A stretch of 64,000 nucleotides of DNA. Source: an uncultured Methanomassiliicoccales archaeon (GTDB lineage: Archaea; Thermoplasmatota; Thermoplasmata; Methanomassiliicoccales; UBA472). Location: contig OY968769.1 of the NCBI GenBank assembly GCA_963695345.1, positions 2,208,001 through 2,272,000 on the forward strand, written 5' to 3'. Positions 62,557 to 64,000 of this stretch are shown in pieces. The notes below the pieces were generated by a model. That model saw only the letters and a list, made by a program, of their open reading frames with translations. It did no database searches and was not told the DNA's origin. Within the stretch, counting starts at the first letter, position 1. Each line of letters opens with the position of its first letter. Position numbers and translations under genes: made by a program.

Positions 62557-63356
62557 ATGAGGATGCAGTTCGACTTTCCCGATGGAGGTCGCCGCCATCT
62601 TCAGCCGATGGATGCGCAAGTTGTTCCGCCGGCCGACTAACCTGACGTTCTCCATGATCCAGCCGCTGATCTGGTTCCTTCTTTTCACCCAGGCGTTCCA
62701 GGCAGTGGCCGACATTCCCGGCTTCCAGCAGATACACCGGAACGAGTTCCTACCTGACGTTCTTCTCCGCCGCGGTCATCGTGCAGACGGTGCTCACGTC
62801 CGCCCTGCAGTCCGGCCTGGGCATGGTGGACGATGTCGAGTCTGGCTACCTGGACAAGATGAGGGCGACCCCGGTCCGCCGGTCGTCGATCCTGCTGGGC
62901 AAGGTATTCTCCGATGGTTTCCGCATCGTCATGCAGGTGTCGATCATCATCGTGCTAGGGTACGCTGTTGGGCGTCAACGTAGTCACCGGACTTCCCGGC
63001 ATCGCCCTGATCCTGATCTTGGCCATGTTCTTCGGCATCGCCTGGTCCGGCATCTCCACGTTCGTGGCGCTGACCACCAGGAACTCGGAGTCGACACTGG
63101 TCATCTCGATCATGTTCGTGTTCCCGATGCTGTTCCTCTCTACAGCGGTCATGCCGAAGCAGTTCCTGGCACCCTGGGTGCAGATCTTCTCCAGCATATA
63201 ACCCGGTCTCATACGTGGCCGACGCGGTGCGCGGGCTTGATCATCCATGGCTATGATTGGACGCTCATCGGACAGGCCTTCCTGACCATATTGATCGTCG
63301 GGGCGATCACGCTCACTGCGACCACCATGATGTTCCGCAGGGCATTGGCGAAGTGA
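62557..63356 (+). CDS. ABC-2 type exporter permease (DrrB-like), frameshifted
   Basis: MIQPLIWFLLF, DVESGYLDKMRATP, FPMLFLS, multiple TM helices. Confidence 0.85.
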
Positions 63357-63458
63357 CAGTATTCTCGCATCATTGAGCTCAGGCGAATCGATCATCGTGC
63401 GAACGTTCAAAATCTGATGTCAGAACCACTATGGGAACACCGCCTCGTCACGGTACCG

Positions 63459-63992
63459 TCAGCGTTGGGAGACCTTGTAATGCATAAGGATCATTGAAAA
63501 GTAACTGATCACAAACATGACTATCGCGACATGCCATCCTAGAATGATCGGATGATGACGAGCTACTGTAAAGTAGCTAATGGGATTGGACAGGATAAGG
63601 AAACAAACGTAAGCCCATATCGACGTGCTGATCGACCATGCGACCAACGCCAGCATCCCAATGTAACTAAGCTTTCGCACCAGTGATTTTCCACTTGTAT
63701 GATAACCGTCCCCGCCACCACCCGGTCTCCTGAACACACTTCCGTGCCCTGAGTAATACCTGATCGCCGCATACAAGAGAAAGGAGACGAGACTGGCTGC
63801 TAGCATCAGCACTCCCGTAATATAGAATGTAAAAAAAGGGATGTAATCGATGAAAAGATCATTCAGATGCACAATTTCTGGATTGAATGTTATTCTCAAT
63901 GCAACATATATGAAGAACAATAGGCTGTACAACCCATTGGCGAAAACAAATGCCCCGGCTAACCGGAGCCATATGGACCCCTTTCGATCCAC
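63459..63992 (-). CDS. Uncharacterised 4-TM membrane protein (paralog of 20051-20743); may start outside window
   Basis: Shared motifs with 20051-20743. Confidence 0.6.
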   Translation of the reverse strand: MDRKGSIWLRLAGAFVFANGLYSLLFFIYVALRITFNPEIVHLNDLFIDYIPFFTFYITGVLMLAASLVSFLLYAAIRYYSGHGSVFRRPGGGGDGYHTSGKSLVRKLSYIGMLALVAWSISTSIWAYVCFLILSNPISYFTVARHHPIILGWHVAIVMFVISYFSMILMHYKVSQR

Positions 63993-64000
63993 TGGTATAT

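Noticed and set aside
3870-63250. About 15-20 genes split by frameshifts (beta-helix genes, capK-like, neuB, neuC, GT2/GT4s, ABC genes), considered as mass pseudogenisation, phase variation or programmed frameshifting
   Set aside because: The breaks are single-base indels, often in short homopolymers, in otherwise intact genes of all functional types including the ABC exporter. This is the usual signature of unpolished long-read assembly. No long SSR tracts or shared slippery motif seen. Read-level polishing would settle it.
1-64000. tRNA, rRNA, integrase/prophage or defence genes
   Set aside because: None recognised by eye; tRNAscan-SE and cmscan were not run.

Overview
Archaeal-type DNA, probably a Methanomassiliicoccales/Thermoplasmatota methanogen. 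This is inferred from TATA-box promoters with short or absent leaders, DUF1616 and DUF2206-like membrane proteins, a class III signal-peptide pilin and FN3/beta-helix surface proteins. Nearly the whole window is a mosaic surface-glycan/exopolysaccharide island. It holds a Wzx flippase, about 11 GT2/GT4 glycosyltransferases, three GT-C-like polytopic proteins, WecB, NAD-dependent epimerases, a WbjB/RmlD-like/WbjD 6-deoxy-L-HexNAc trio, a NeuB/NeuC/NeuA nonulosonic acid set with a DegT aminotransferase and a KpsS-like protein, several FemAB/GNAT and deacetylase tailoring enzymes, three secreted beta-helix proteins, an IS remnant and a DrrAB-type ABC exporter. Many genes carry single-base frameshifts that look like long-read assembly errors. 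The most striking unannotated signal is a ~600-670 bp cassette present twice (2671-3283 on +, 22355-23024 on -). Each copy has a conserved AT-rich promoter block, a ~230 nt multi-stem RNA with compensatory base changes, and a conserved small ORF under apparent coding selection whose stop overlaps the start of a secreted beta-helix protein gene. It is a candidate novel archaeal cis-regulatory RNA/leader-peptide system.
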